DNA of 64,000 nucleotides from a virus (Duplodnaviria; Caudoviricetes): IMG/VR virus record IMGVR_UViG_3300032270_001200, positions 1 to 64,000 of that record; one strand, 5' to 3'. Shown piece by piece: positions 19,184 to 27,967 of this stretch (position 1 is its first letter; each line of letters starts with the position of its first letter). The notes under the pieces were generated by a model. It saw only the letters and a program-made list of their open reading frames with translations, ran no database searches and was not told where the DNA came from. The position numbers and the translations under genes were made by a program.

Positions 19184-19507
19184 ATGAGCGATATTAAATT
19201 AAATATAATTGGAAAATGGGATGTCTCTGCACTTACACCATTCGGAATAAATGAAGCTACAGTTAAAATTTTAGCTGTAGAACCAAACGTATCCGGGACT
19301 ATTGTCGGGAAAAATGGATCATTAGATTTTACCAATGGGATAATTGACGGTAATAAATTGTCATTTTCTGCAACCGTAGACACTCCAATAAAAGCAACAT
19401 TATTTGCAGATGTAGAAATTGTTGATGATAAAGCTTTTTCTGGAGCTTTAAAAATAGATGAGTATATGACGATTGGTATTAGGGGTGATAAAAATGTCGA
19501 TTTATGA
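19184..19507 (+). CDS. Hypothetical beta-rich protein
   Basis: GKWDV...TPFG pattern; start moved to ATG 19184. Confidence 0.7.
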   Translation: MSDIKLNIIGKWDVSALTPFGINEATVKILAVEPNVSGTIVGKNGSLDFTNGIIDGNKLSFSATVDTPIKATLFADVEIVDDKAFSGALKIDEYMTIGIRGDKNVDL

Positions 19508-20111
19508 TATCGAAGCTACTTCAATAGATGGTAAGGAAAATTATCTATCTACGTTCAAGGGCAAGTTGACACTTATTGTCAATGTCTCCACAAAAGCTGG
19601 TGGATATGAACCCCGTTGCTCCAAGGTTTGGTCGTACGCAAGAACTTCTAGGCAGCTATGGCAGCTACAGCAGGTGCATGACGAATTTAAGGACAGAGGC
19701 TTTTCAGTCCTCGCGTTCCCCAATAATCAATTTGCCCAAATGGAACCAGGAACAAATGAAGAAATTGTTGCTTTCCTTAAAGAGCATTATCCATTTGTCA
19801 CTTTTCCATTTTTTCAAAAAGCAGATGTTAATGGCAAGAATGAACACCCTTTGTTTACTGCGTTAAAGGGAAACGAAAAAAGAAATTACTCTGACTTTAC
19901 AGCAAATCAAACTGATCAAGCAAAAGAAAACCAAAACTTAGCTGGACAAGCAATTGCTAGAATATCTCATGGTTATGAGAAGTTTTTAATTAGCAGAGAC
20001 GGAGTTATGGTTGCTAGATTCAATTGGCAAGATATGCCGCTAGATGAAATCCCAAGAGTTATGGGAGCAGGCTGGACAATCAGAGAAGCTATAGATGAGA
20101 TGTTAGGCTAA
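19494..20111 (+). CDS. Glutathione peroxidase-like protein with an atypical active-site loop
   Basis: GFSVLAFPNNQFAQMEPG, KADVNG...HPLF and YEKFLISRDG. NVSTKAG replaces the usual NVASKCG. Confidence 0.88.
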   Translation: MSIYDIEATSIDGKENYLSTFKGKLTLIVNVSTKAGGYEPRCSKVWSYARTSRQLWQLQQVHDEFKDRGFSVLAFPNNQFAQMEPGTNEEIVAFLKEHYPFVTFPFFQKADVNGKNEHPLFTALKGNEKRNYSDFTANQTDQAKENQNLAGQAIARISHGYEKFLISRDGVMVARFNWQDMPLDEIPRVMGAGWTIREAIDEMLG

Positions 20112-20114
20112 TAT

Positions 20115-21254
20115 ATGGAAAACAATCCAGGAGACAAGTTTATTAATAGCACGCCGTTTCCAGTATCTCCAAAAATTACGGAAGATACCCTAAAGGAAAT
20201 AAGTGGGATAGAAGCAGAAGTTCTTGGACCAGGTGTCGTTGTCTTCAGAAATGCTTTTTCGATAAACCAAGACGCAGTACTTAGCCACATTGACGCCAGT
20301 GCAGTAAAAGCCCATGAGGGTAGATGGGAATATATTACCGCAGAAGATGGCGTAGAATACGGTATTAATGAAGATGGTTTTAGGTATTCACTTGAAGATA
20401 TACCAGCTACACCAATAAGATTATTGCATCCAGTTACTGATCAAACTCCAGAAGAAATAGCAAATTTCTTTTTCCATCTAGAGGAACAAATCTATAAGTG
20501 CCTGATCAAATACATTGATCATTATCCTTTAATGATTGGAAGCATTTGGTGGAAAAATAGAGGTCATATTCTTAGATATGGCGATGGCGGAATACTTGGT
20601 TGCCACGCTGATAATGACACTAATTATAAGGTTACCAACGGAGTTAGATACATGCCTAGAGGCATGGTTGCATCCAGACAAACATGCGGAGCATTATTGT
20701 ATCTTAACGATTGCGTAGACACTGAAGAAGAGTTAAATGGCAAAAACTTTACAGGTGGCCATTTAAGATTTGTTCACTTAGGGATTTCCTATAAGCCAAG
20801 AAAGGGAGATATAATATTTTTCCCGACCAACTTCGTTGCTTCACACGATGTTGAAAAAATGGGCAAGGGCGTAAGATATAGCTATCTATCCTTTTTTGGT
20901 CAAGGTGGCAATGATGTACCGGCAAACGTAGTTATCAGCGAACCAAACAAGAGCTTTGAATGGTGTCCAGGTGTTTGGTTTGACAATATTTATGATGACT
21001 ATGAATTATATTGTAAGTCTCCATATTCAATCTATTCTGATCCAGAAAAATATAAAGTAGAACTTGGTTGGAATCCAGTTTATCAGGGTAGAAACGTAGC
21101 TCAATATAGCACTACTCATGAAGCTGTAGAAGTTGCAGAACAGTCAGACCAACAACAAAATCAACAGCAGAATCAAAACCAACATCAGAATCAGCAACAG
21201 CAACATACTAGTCTCCCAGAAGGGCCATGTGGAACAGACCCTGTAGCAATCTGA
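20115..21254 (+). CDS. Prolyl-4-hydroxylase-like 2OG-Fe(II) oxygenase, paralog 1 of 4, with a Gln-rich tail
   Basis: HAD, YLND...FTGG and FPTNFVASH.V....G.RY. Confidence 0.88.
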   Translation: MENNPGDKFINSTPFPVSPKITEDTLKEISGIEAEVLGPGVVVFRNAFSINQDAVLSHIDASAVKAHEGRWEYITAEDGVEYGINEDGFRYSLEDIPATPIRLLHPVTDQTPEEIANFFFHLEEQIYKCLIKYIDHYPLMIGSIWWKNRGHILRYGDGGILGCHADNDTNYKVTNGVRYMPRGMVASRQTCGALLYLNDCVDTEEELNGKNFTGGHLRFVHLGISYKPRKGDIIFFPTNFVASHDVEKMGKGVRYSYLSFFGQGGNDVPANVVISEPNKSFEWCPGVWFDNIYDDYELYCKSPYSIYSDPEKYKVELGWNPVYQGRNVAQYSTTHEAVEVAEQSDQQQNQQQNQNQHQNQQQQHTSLPEGPCGTDPVAI

Positions 21255-21255
21255 C

Positions 21256-22176
21256 ATGAATAATCACTTAGTCGAACCAGAGCATTTAGGTGGCGGAATA
21301 GTTTTATTTCGTAATGCAATAAACGTAGATCAAGATTTGGTGATCCCATATATTGCAGCCCTAAAGGAAAAAGCTGTTAAAGAAGATTATAAAATTATTT
21401 ATGACGAAGACAATAATCCGTTGTATGCCATAAATAGAAGTGGACATAGATACGCAGTAGAAGACATCCATAAAAGCTCTAGTCACATAATGAACTTTAT
21501 ATATGAAGAAACTAGTCAAGATGTAATTGATTTTTTTGAGTTGTGTGAAAAAACTTTTTACCAGTCATTATTAAAATACGCCACATTGTTTCCAATGCTT
21601 ATACCAAGTCTATGGTGGAGAACTCAGGGGCATATTTTAGCATACGGGCCAGAAAGTTCAATGGGCCTTCATAGTGACAATGATGTAAACTACCAGCCTG
21701 GTTTTGAGCCCGATTTGCAGTTAGCTATTAGAAGTGTAGTTGGTTCCATAATCTATTTTAACGATTCTGTCAACGAAGCATCTGACATAATCAAACACGA
21801 ATACCTTGGCGGGGAAATAGAGTTTCCATACGCTAATGTTGTTTATAAGCCAAAGTCTGGAGACCTTATAATGTTCCCTTCAAACTTTATGGCAGCACAT
21901 AGTATTAAACCTTGTCACGATGGTAGTAGATACGCCTATATAGGATATTATTCTCAGGGATCCGCTCAACCGGAAAGAGGCATAAATATTATTGCAGATG
22001 AATTCCCCGCAGGTAAGCAAGGTCAGATCTGGATGCCAAATGTAGTAAAGGATTATATTGATTATGTCAAGGAAAGATACTCTGATAGCAATGAAGAGAA
22101 AATTAACGAATTGCTAAGACCAACCTACAGAAGCTATAATAGTGCCAATACACTTAAGGAGTTGACCAATGAATAA
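21256..22176 (+). CDS. Prolyl-4-hydroxylase-like oxygenase, paralog 2 of 4
   Basis: LGGGIVLFRNAI, INRSG, HSD, YFND and FPSNFMAAH. Confidence 0.88.
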   Translation: MNNHLVEPEHLGGGIVLFRNAINVDQDLVIPYIAALKEKAVKEDYKIIYDEDNNPLYAINRSGHRYAVEDIHKSSSHIMNFIYEETSQDVIDFFELCEKTFYQSLLKYATLFPMLIPSLWWRTQGHILAYGPESSMGLHSDNDVNYQPGFEPDLQLAIRSVVGSIIYFNDSVNEASDIIKHEYLGGEIEFPYANVVYKPKSGDLIMFPSNFMAAHSIKPCHDGSRYAYIGYYSQGSAQPERGINIIADEFPAGKQGQIWMPNVVKDYIDYVKERYSDSNEEKINELLRPTYRSYNSANTLKELTNE

Positions 22177-23065
22177 TTATGTTACCTATAATGATGTAGA
22201 GGGTGAAGATCTTGGTGGCGGAGTAGTTCTTTTTAGGTCTGCAATAAATTTTGATGCGGATTACGCATTTGACCTATGTGATGAAATTGTGTCTAGAGAA
22301 AAGGCAGCTATGTACACTTTGGGCATAGACCCAGAAACAGGCGAAGAAATATATATAAATAGAAGCGGTTATTTCTTTGGCAAAGACTCCATAGACAGCA
22401 TGCCTGGCAGAGGATCAGCAGCACATCGAGATCCAAGAGAAGAAGTTATACATTTTTTAAATGGACTAGAAGGCTCTAGAGATAAATACTTATTCAAATA
22501 TCTAGAAGCCTATCCATTAGCCTTCAAGTGTATATGGTGGAAAGTCAAGGGCCATATAGTTGCATACAAGAAGAACGCCTACTTAGGCTCACATTCAGAT
22601 ATTAGCACTGATTATATTTACGGGGTTTGGACTCCAACTGATCAACTCGCAATGCGCAGTACTGTAACTGCATTGATTTATTTTAATGATTCTGTTGATT
22701 CTGCTGAAGAATTAAATGGAAAGAATTTTACTGGTGGACATCACTATTTCAATTATCTAGATATAACACACGTCCCTAAAAAGGGAGACATTATATTTTT
22801 CCCAGCCTCATACACTGCAGGACATGAGGTTAAAGTTGTCGAAGACGGAATGAGATTTTCCTATCTTGGATGGTATAGCCAAGGAACTCCAAATATAGAG
22901 GTTAAAGAAAGCGTTACTGATCCACTAACAGATCCGGAACTATCCCAATTCTCTACCAACGTCTACATGCCGACGCTTGCTGAAGATTACAGAAAGCATT
23001 TGTTAGATAGAGGTTATGATGAATTTTCAAAGCAATATATGATAACTATGTCGAGTTATAAATAA
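22169..23065 (+). CDS. Prolyl-4-hydroxylase-like oxygenase, paralog 3 of 4
   Basis: LGGGVVLFRSAI, HSD, YFND...FTGG and GHEV...G.RFSYL. Confidence 0.88.
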   Translation: MNNYVTYNDVEGEDLGGGVVLFRSAINFDADYAFDLCDEIVSREKAAMYTLGIDPETGEEIYINRSGYFFGKDSIDSMPGRGSAAHRDPREEVIHFLNGLEGSRDKYLFKYLEAYPLAFKCIWWKVKGHIVAYKKNAYLGSHSDISTDYIYGVWTPTDQLAMRSTVTALIYFNDSVDSAEELNGKNFTGGHHYFNYLDITHVPKKGDIIFFPASYTAGHEVKVVEDGMRFSYLGWYSQGTPNIEVKESVTDPLTDPELSQFSTNVYMPTLAEDYRKHLLDRGYDEFSKQYMITMSSYK

Positions 23066-23067
23066 AT

Positions 23068-23853
23068 ATGTTAAATACAAATTTGGACATGACTGACATT
23101 GGCAGTGGATTATGCGTAGTCAAAAATGCTATTGATATTGATCAAGAATTTTTGTTTGAATATATAAATTTCTTAAAAGAAGCAGAAGAAGAAACGTTTA
23201 CCTATGTCGAAGAAGATGGCAAAAGATACGCAATAAACAGAACTGGTTTTAGATTTGATCCAGATGAAGTTAGCCAAGCCCCAAGTAGGTTTATTGATCC
23301 ACTTCTTAAAATGAGCGAAAGAAATCCGACAAAAGAACAAGAAAAATTCATAGAAGATTTAGAGGATCTTATGTACAAGATTCTCGTTGAGTACTGCAAG
23401 CACTACCCTGATGCAGCAAGTGTATGCTGGTGGAGAGGGTTTGGCCATATAGCTACCTATGCTAATGGTCAGGGCATAGGTCCACATTGCGATGATGCAA
23501 TACCATTTGAGTTTGGAAAACCAACTAAAAATGAATACCCAAAGCACAGTAAGGTTAGCGTAAATATTTATTTAAATGACTGTGTAGATTCTGTGGAGGA
23601 ACTAAACGATTACAATTTTACTGGTGGAGAAATTACACACAAACACGCAAAGCACACACATAAACCAAAGGCTGGTTCTGCAGTTATTTATCCAACTAAC
23701 TTTATAGGGACTCATGAGGTTGCACCAGTGACCAACGGTCTGAGAATAGCATATCTTGGCTCTTTCCTTTACGGAACTCCTGAGCACGCTAGAGATGGAG
23801 ACTCGAGAATCTGGATGCCAAACCTTAAAAAAGATGCTGGATTAGAATACTGA
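23068..23853 (+). CDS. Prolyl-4-hydroxylase-like oxygenase, paralog 4 of 4
   Basis: HCD, YLND...FTGG and THEVAPVTNG.R. Confidence 0.88.
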   Translation: MLNTNLDMTDIGSGLCVVKNAIDIDQEFLFEYINFLKEAEEETFTYVEEDGKRYAINRTGFRFDPDEVSQAPSRFIDPLLKMSERNPTKEQEKFIEDLEDLMYKILVEYCKHYPDAASVCWWRGFGHIATYANGQGIGPHCDDAIPFEFGKPTKNEYPKHSKVSVNIYLNDCVDSVEELNDYNFTGGEITHKHAKHTHKPKAGSAVIYPTNFIGTHEVAPVTNGLRIAYLGSFLYGTPEHARDGDSRIWMPNLKKDAGLEY

Positions 23854-23861
23854 TTTAGTAG

Positions 23862-23869
23862 TTACTATA
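23862..23869 (+). promoter_or_regulatory. TTACTATA putative late promoter
   Basis: Recurrent octamer at the start of the morphogenesis block; a variant GTACTATT lies at 24238-24245. Confidence 0.65.
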
Positions 23870-23897
23870 ACCCCTGTCTGATTCCAAAGGGTTAAAA

Positions 23898-24233
23898 ATG
23901 CTTTATAATGAACCTATTGCATATAGTCAAGCTGGCACTAGCTATACTGGCGATTTATACATCTATGTAGCAAGCGTAGAAAACCCAATCATTGTCAATA
24001 ATATAACTTTTTTCTTTACCTCAAATGAAGATTATTCAAACCTTACGACAATAGGCGTTATTAGCGTAAATGTTAGCCCAGAAGGCAGAATAAGCATAGA
24101 AGCCTACCCAGAACAAGTAAATGCCCTATTAGGAACTAGCGTTATAGGCATAACCGGCGAAGCAGAAATTGCCATAGATGGCTTAGTAAACATAGGCACA
24201 ACTGGCCAGGGACAGATTACAATAAACGCTTAA
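23898..24233 (+). CDS. Hypothetical, probably virion protein
   Basis: 111-aa beta-rich ORF after the late motif. Confidence 0.6.
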   Translation: MLYNEPIAYSQAGTSYTGDLYIYVASVENPIIVNNITFFFTSNEDYSNLTTIGVISVNVSPEGRISIEAYPEQVNALLGTSVIGITGEAEIAIDGLVNIGTTGQGQITINA

Positions 24234-24271
24234 GCCAGTACTATTAAATATATCGATAAATTGGAGTCAAT

Positions 24272-25171
24272 ATGGCATTAAACAATGTTTTGGTCAATGA
24301 TACTGTCAAAATAAAAGTAAAGTTTTTAGATCAAGATTCTAACGGCAACCAAGTTGATGCTACCATGGTTAGTGTTAAAGTAACTATTGTTGACGTAAAT
24401 GAAACACCGATTATCAACGAAGCCAACGCAACTTCGACTTCAGCTTCTGAATGGTACTATCCATTTGTCCCAACCGTTGCTGGAGCATATTCCGTAAAGT
24501 TTACTGGCACTACGAGTAGTAGTCCACCAAAAACAATAACATCTCAAACAAATATATATGCCAATAACAACGCCTCAGATTACAGACCAACGGTTACCTT
24601 AAGGGCAGATGAAACGATACTATTTGCTCCTGATGTTTCTCCACTTTATCTAGACCCAGAAGAACTGCTGCCGATTTTTCCAGAGGCTTCTTTAATAGAG
24701 ATTGGAGAAATGATTTATCATCATTCCCTAGAAATACAAGAGATGTATAAACTAAAAGATGATGTAGATCCACTTACTCTCCCATCTGTTGTTTTGGATT
24801 ATATTAAAGCAGCTGCAGCATGTGATCTTAGTAGAACATATGGATTTGGTGGGGATGATGAGCTGTCTCTAAAACTCGGTGACCTAGAAGTAGTAAATAG
24901 ATCTGCACCAAGGCAGATTGCTACAAGGTCAAATGCAACTACTTGGTGTCAAATCGCTGCTTCTTTAAGAAGAGAAGTTATTTCCAAGAAAGTATCAATG
25001 AAGGGTGTACTTCCAAAAGGTATACCAAATAAAAAAATCTCACTTACCGAAAGAGATCCGGGAACCGGTAAGAGAATATACATAACAAGCAAAGATATGT
25101 ATTCTGTTGGGAGTTCATATATCACGCAAGACAGCACAGTGGTGGACAGAAGACTAAGACAGTATGATTAA
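24272..25171 (+). CDS. Putative head-tail adaptor/neck protein with an N-terminal Ig-like domain
   Basis: Ig-like N-terminus; helical part with LKLGDLEV; position upstream of the sheath genes. Confidence 0.5.
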   Translation: MALNNVLVNDTVKIKVKFLDQDSNGNQVDATMVSVKVTIVDVNETPIINEANATSTSASEWYYPFVPTVAGAYSVKFTGTTSSSPPKTITSQTNIYANNNASDYRPTVTLRADETILFAPDVSPLYLDPEELLPIFPEASLIEIGEMIYHHSLEIQEMYKLKDDVDPLTLPSVVLDYIKAAAACDLSRTYGFGGDDELSLKLGDLEVVNRSAPRQIATRSNATTWCQIAASLRREVISKKVSMKGVLPKGIPNKKISLTERDPGTGKRIYITSKDMYSVGSSYITQDSTVVDRRLRQYD

Positions 25172-25544
25172 TACGGCAAAAGCTTTTCAAAAAATACTGA
25201 GAGAATGGGGTCATGACGTCCTGATCCAAAGAAGACTCTCCGATGATGGAGTATATTCTGATAGATTTGAAAAAGTCACAACCAGACATATAACTGCAGC
25301 TTCAAGATATCTGGCTTCTACCAAAGAAGAGACCACAGAAGGTGTTATAATTAACTCTGATAGAATTTATTACTTTGCACCTGCAATTAATCCAAAATCA
25401 GGGGATAGAATATATGAGGAAATTTCTTCTGGTTTAGAAAATCAAATTCTATACGTGATGGAAGAGTGCTATCCAGTTAGAGGAAAAAATGGAAAGATTG
25501 AGTTCTGGACAGTTGGAGCTACAAAAGAAAGTCCGATGAGTTAA
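25164..25544 (+). CDS. Putative head-closure/neck protein
   Basis: ILREWGHDVLIQRR and YYF...NPKSGDRIYE; gene order. Confidence 0.5.
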   Translation: MINTAKAFQKILREWGHDVLIQRRLSDDGVYSDRFEKVTTRHITAASRYLASTKEETTEGVIINSDRIYYFAPAINPKSGDRIYEEISSGLENQILYVMEECYPVRGKNGKIEFWTVGATKESPMS

Positions 25545-25547
25545 ATT

Positions 25548-27143
25548 ATGTTAGTAACAGCGCCTGGCCAAACAGTAGAGATTCCATTTGTATACAGAGA
25601 TGGATATGACTATGTTGACCCAACTACAAATATAACTATCTTTCTAAAAAGAGGTTACAACAGCGCTGGTGCATCAATACTTGGGCCGTACACATACAAC
25701 ATTACACAAGCGTTAGCAGCTAGCCCAAACACAATTCAAACATATGAAAATGGAACTTATGTAGAAAGAAACTCTGAAGGTTTATATACGCTTTATATGA
25801 AAATTCCTTCAAATATTTTTGATGGAGAGTATACCGTTGCAATTAATGCAATGGCTGGCGGAGCACTTGATGCAAAAGAAATAGCTTTACAAACTAAGGG
25901 AACAATTGATGTTTCTTTTGATAATTATTCATTAACAGAAAAAAAAGTTGCACTAAACAACCGATCAAAGTATAGACAAATCGGCCAATTTGATACAAAT
26001 AATATATTACTAATAGGCCACACAGATGCCATGGAACCGTATGGCATACAGAAGATAAGTTCAATCCAAGAAGGCATAAACTTACTAAGAGCTGATTTTA
26101 ACTCACCATTACTTAGAGGAATGTTTGACGCATATAGTTGTGGAGCAAGAGACATATACATAATGTCTGCTGGCTATATGAGCGAATATGTGGAAACAGT
26201 TTCCGAAAGAAACGCAGCAAGATTTAAAGACGCTGTTAATAACACTAGTACTTTTTATCAGCTGTATTACGACAGACTTGCCGAATGCTATAACATGTTA
26301 AAAGAATATGATTTTTTTGACATTGTTGTCCCGTTAGAGACTTCAATAATAGATACTGGAACAGTTAATTTTGTTAAGCAACTCGCCAACTATTGCAATG
26401 CTGTACAGGCTAACAGCGGAGAAATAACAATAGGAATAATTGGATCTAGAACAGATGGAATAAATGCAACTGATACAACAAGTTTGTTGGTAAAAGATTT
26501 TGAAATTGAATCAACTGTTGATCTTAATGGATATATCACCAAAGATACTGGCAAGCATGTTATTTTAGTTTATGGAGAAATGATATTTAATCATAAACAA
26601 ATTCAAAGAAGTTACGCAGCGTCGGCTGCTGCTGCAGTAGCTGGAATGATTAGTTCCACACAGGTAAACATTGGCTTAAGTAAAAAAAGAATACCTGCAG
26701 CTCTATCAATATTTGGTGTTGATTTGTCTACTGATGAAGTTAAAAAACTTAATGCAAAAGGAATTAACGCTCTAACAAGAGGTGGAAGATCAAGAAAATT
26801 TGGTGGCCCATACGATGTTTATCTGAGTAGCGACTACACACAGTCTATAAGCGAATCCTTTAAGGACGTTTCAAATGTTAGACTAGCAGCGATGATTATA
26901 GGAGAAGTTCAAGCAATAGGCAAAAATTCAATAGGAAAATTTGCTTACTCTAAATTAAAGGCAAAAGTTGAAGCACTTTTAGAATTTCTAAAAAAGCCAG
27001 AGAATGATATCATAAGAGATTATCAATTAGATTTGTATGCAGACAAAACCGTTAAGGGTAAAATATATCTTAATATAACACTAAAATCATCTAGAACGCT
27101 AAGACAGATATCTTTTAACATAGCAACAGGCAAGGGTGTGTAA
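25548..27143 (+). CDS. Tail sheath-like protein (second paralog) with an N-terminal Ig-like domain
   Basis: LLIGH, SPLLRG...GARDIY, L..KGINAL and F..VSNVRL, collinear with 27968..29251. Confidence 0.65.
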   Translation: MLVTAPGQTVEIPFVYRDGYDYVDPTTNITIFLKRGYNSAGASILGPYTYNITQALAASPNTIQTYENGTYVERNSEGLYTLYMKIPSNIFDGEYTVAINAMAGGALDAKEIALQTKGTIDVSFDNYSLTEKKVALNNRSKYRQIGQFDTNNILLIGHTDAMEPYGIQKISSIQEGINLLRADFNSPLLRGMFDAYSCGARDIYIMSAGYMSEYVETVSERNAARFKDAVNNTSTFYQLYYDRLAECYNMLKEYDFFDIVVPLETSIIDTGTVNFVKQLANYCNAVQANSGEITIGIIGSRTDGINATDTTSLLVKDFEIESTVDLNGYITKDTGKHVILVYGEMIFNHKQIQRSYAASAAAAVAGMISSTQVNIGLSKKRIPAALSIFGVDLSTDEVKKLNAKGINALTRGGRSRKFGGPYDVYLSSDYTQSISESFKDVSNVRLAAMIIGEVQAIGKNSIGKFAYSKLKAKVEALLEFLKKPENDIIRDYQLDLYADKTVKGKIYLNITLKSSRTLRQISFNIATGKGV

Positions 27144-27880
27144 TGGCACAAAATCAAATCAGATTCCCATCTTCAAACATTAACGAGATTGATTATAATA
27201 GAATGTTTGGGGCGCCTTTGCAGGCACAGGGTAACTTAACGTATCTAGAATTTATAACAGCGGTTAAAGCGCTATGGGAAAATGCATACCCATCGATCAA
27301 AATAAAACCAACACAATCAGGCGACTACGCCGAATACCCAGTTATTGTTTATGGCTTAGAACTAAGAAGGACTCACTCTTCTGAGCCTAAGCCAAGAACA
27401 AGAATCAGCCCAAACAATGATGTTGCTGTTTTTGGGCAAAGATTTCAAAATATAGTTACTTTTACTGTCATAACAGAGACTACCGAGGGAGCCCAATTAA
27501 AGGGCACAGTAGGTAGATCTTCTGGCCCAGAAGTAGCTGATCAAATAATAGAAGCCTTTGAAGACTTTATGCTGGAGTACACTCCAGTTTTTAAAAGACT
27601 AGGAGCCTCAGAGCTAGTTTACGCCAGAAGAATGTCAGACTCTGAAGAAAATAGAGGTTCCTCAGACACCAACAGAAGAACGGTTAGCTATATGTTAACC
27701 ACAGAAAAGCTGTTTGCTATGGAGGTCCAGAAGATCGAAGAGATTTGCGTAGACGTTAGAAGATATATGGCCTACGAAAAAGAGCTGTGGGATGAGTATT
27801 ATTATGGCTCTACCCCATCCTTTGAGGGCACCACCATTAATATAATTGACTTAAATCAGGGCGCTACTCCAAATTCATAG
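27143..27880 (+). CDS. Putative tail completion/terminator protein
   Basis: Position just before the sheath gene; PVIVY, KPR and FEDFM..YT..FK..G. Confidence 0.45.
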   Translation: MAQNQIRFPSSNINEIDYNRMFGAPLQAQGNLTYLEFITAVKALWENAYPSIKIKPTQSGDYAEYPVIVYGLELRRTHSSEPKPRTRISPNNDVAVFGQRFQNIVTFTVITETTEGAQLKGTVGRSSGPEVADQIIEAFEDFMLEYTPVFKRLGASELVYARRMSDSEENRGSSDTNRRTVSYMLTTEKLFAMEVQKIEEICVDVRRYMAYEKELWDEYYYGSTPSFEGTTINIIDLNQGATPNS

Positions 27881-27912
27881 TATTTATGTAGTTTGTTTTC
27901 AATGACGCACCA

Positions 27913-27920
27913 TTACTATA
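27913..27920 (+). promoter_or_regulatory. TTACTATA putative late promoter
   Basis: Recurrent octamer upstream of the sheath gene. Confidence 0.65.
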
Positions 27921-27967
27921 TCCATGAAGTAAAAATATAAAATGCTGCAAGCGGAGGTCTAAGGACA

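Noticed and set aside
14750-20111. Selenocysteine or stop-codon reassignment
   Set aside because: No in-frame TGA in the Gpx-like genes. TAA, TAG and TGA all end genes normally and coding density is high under the standard code.
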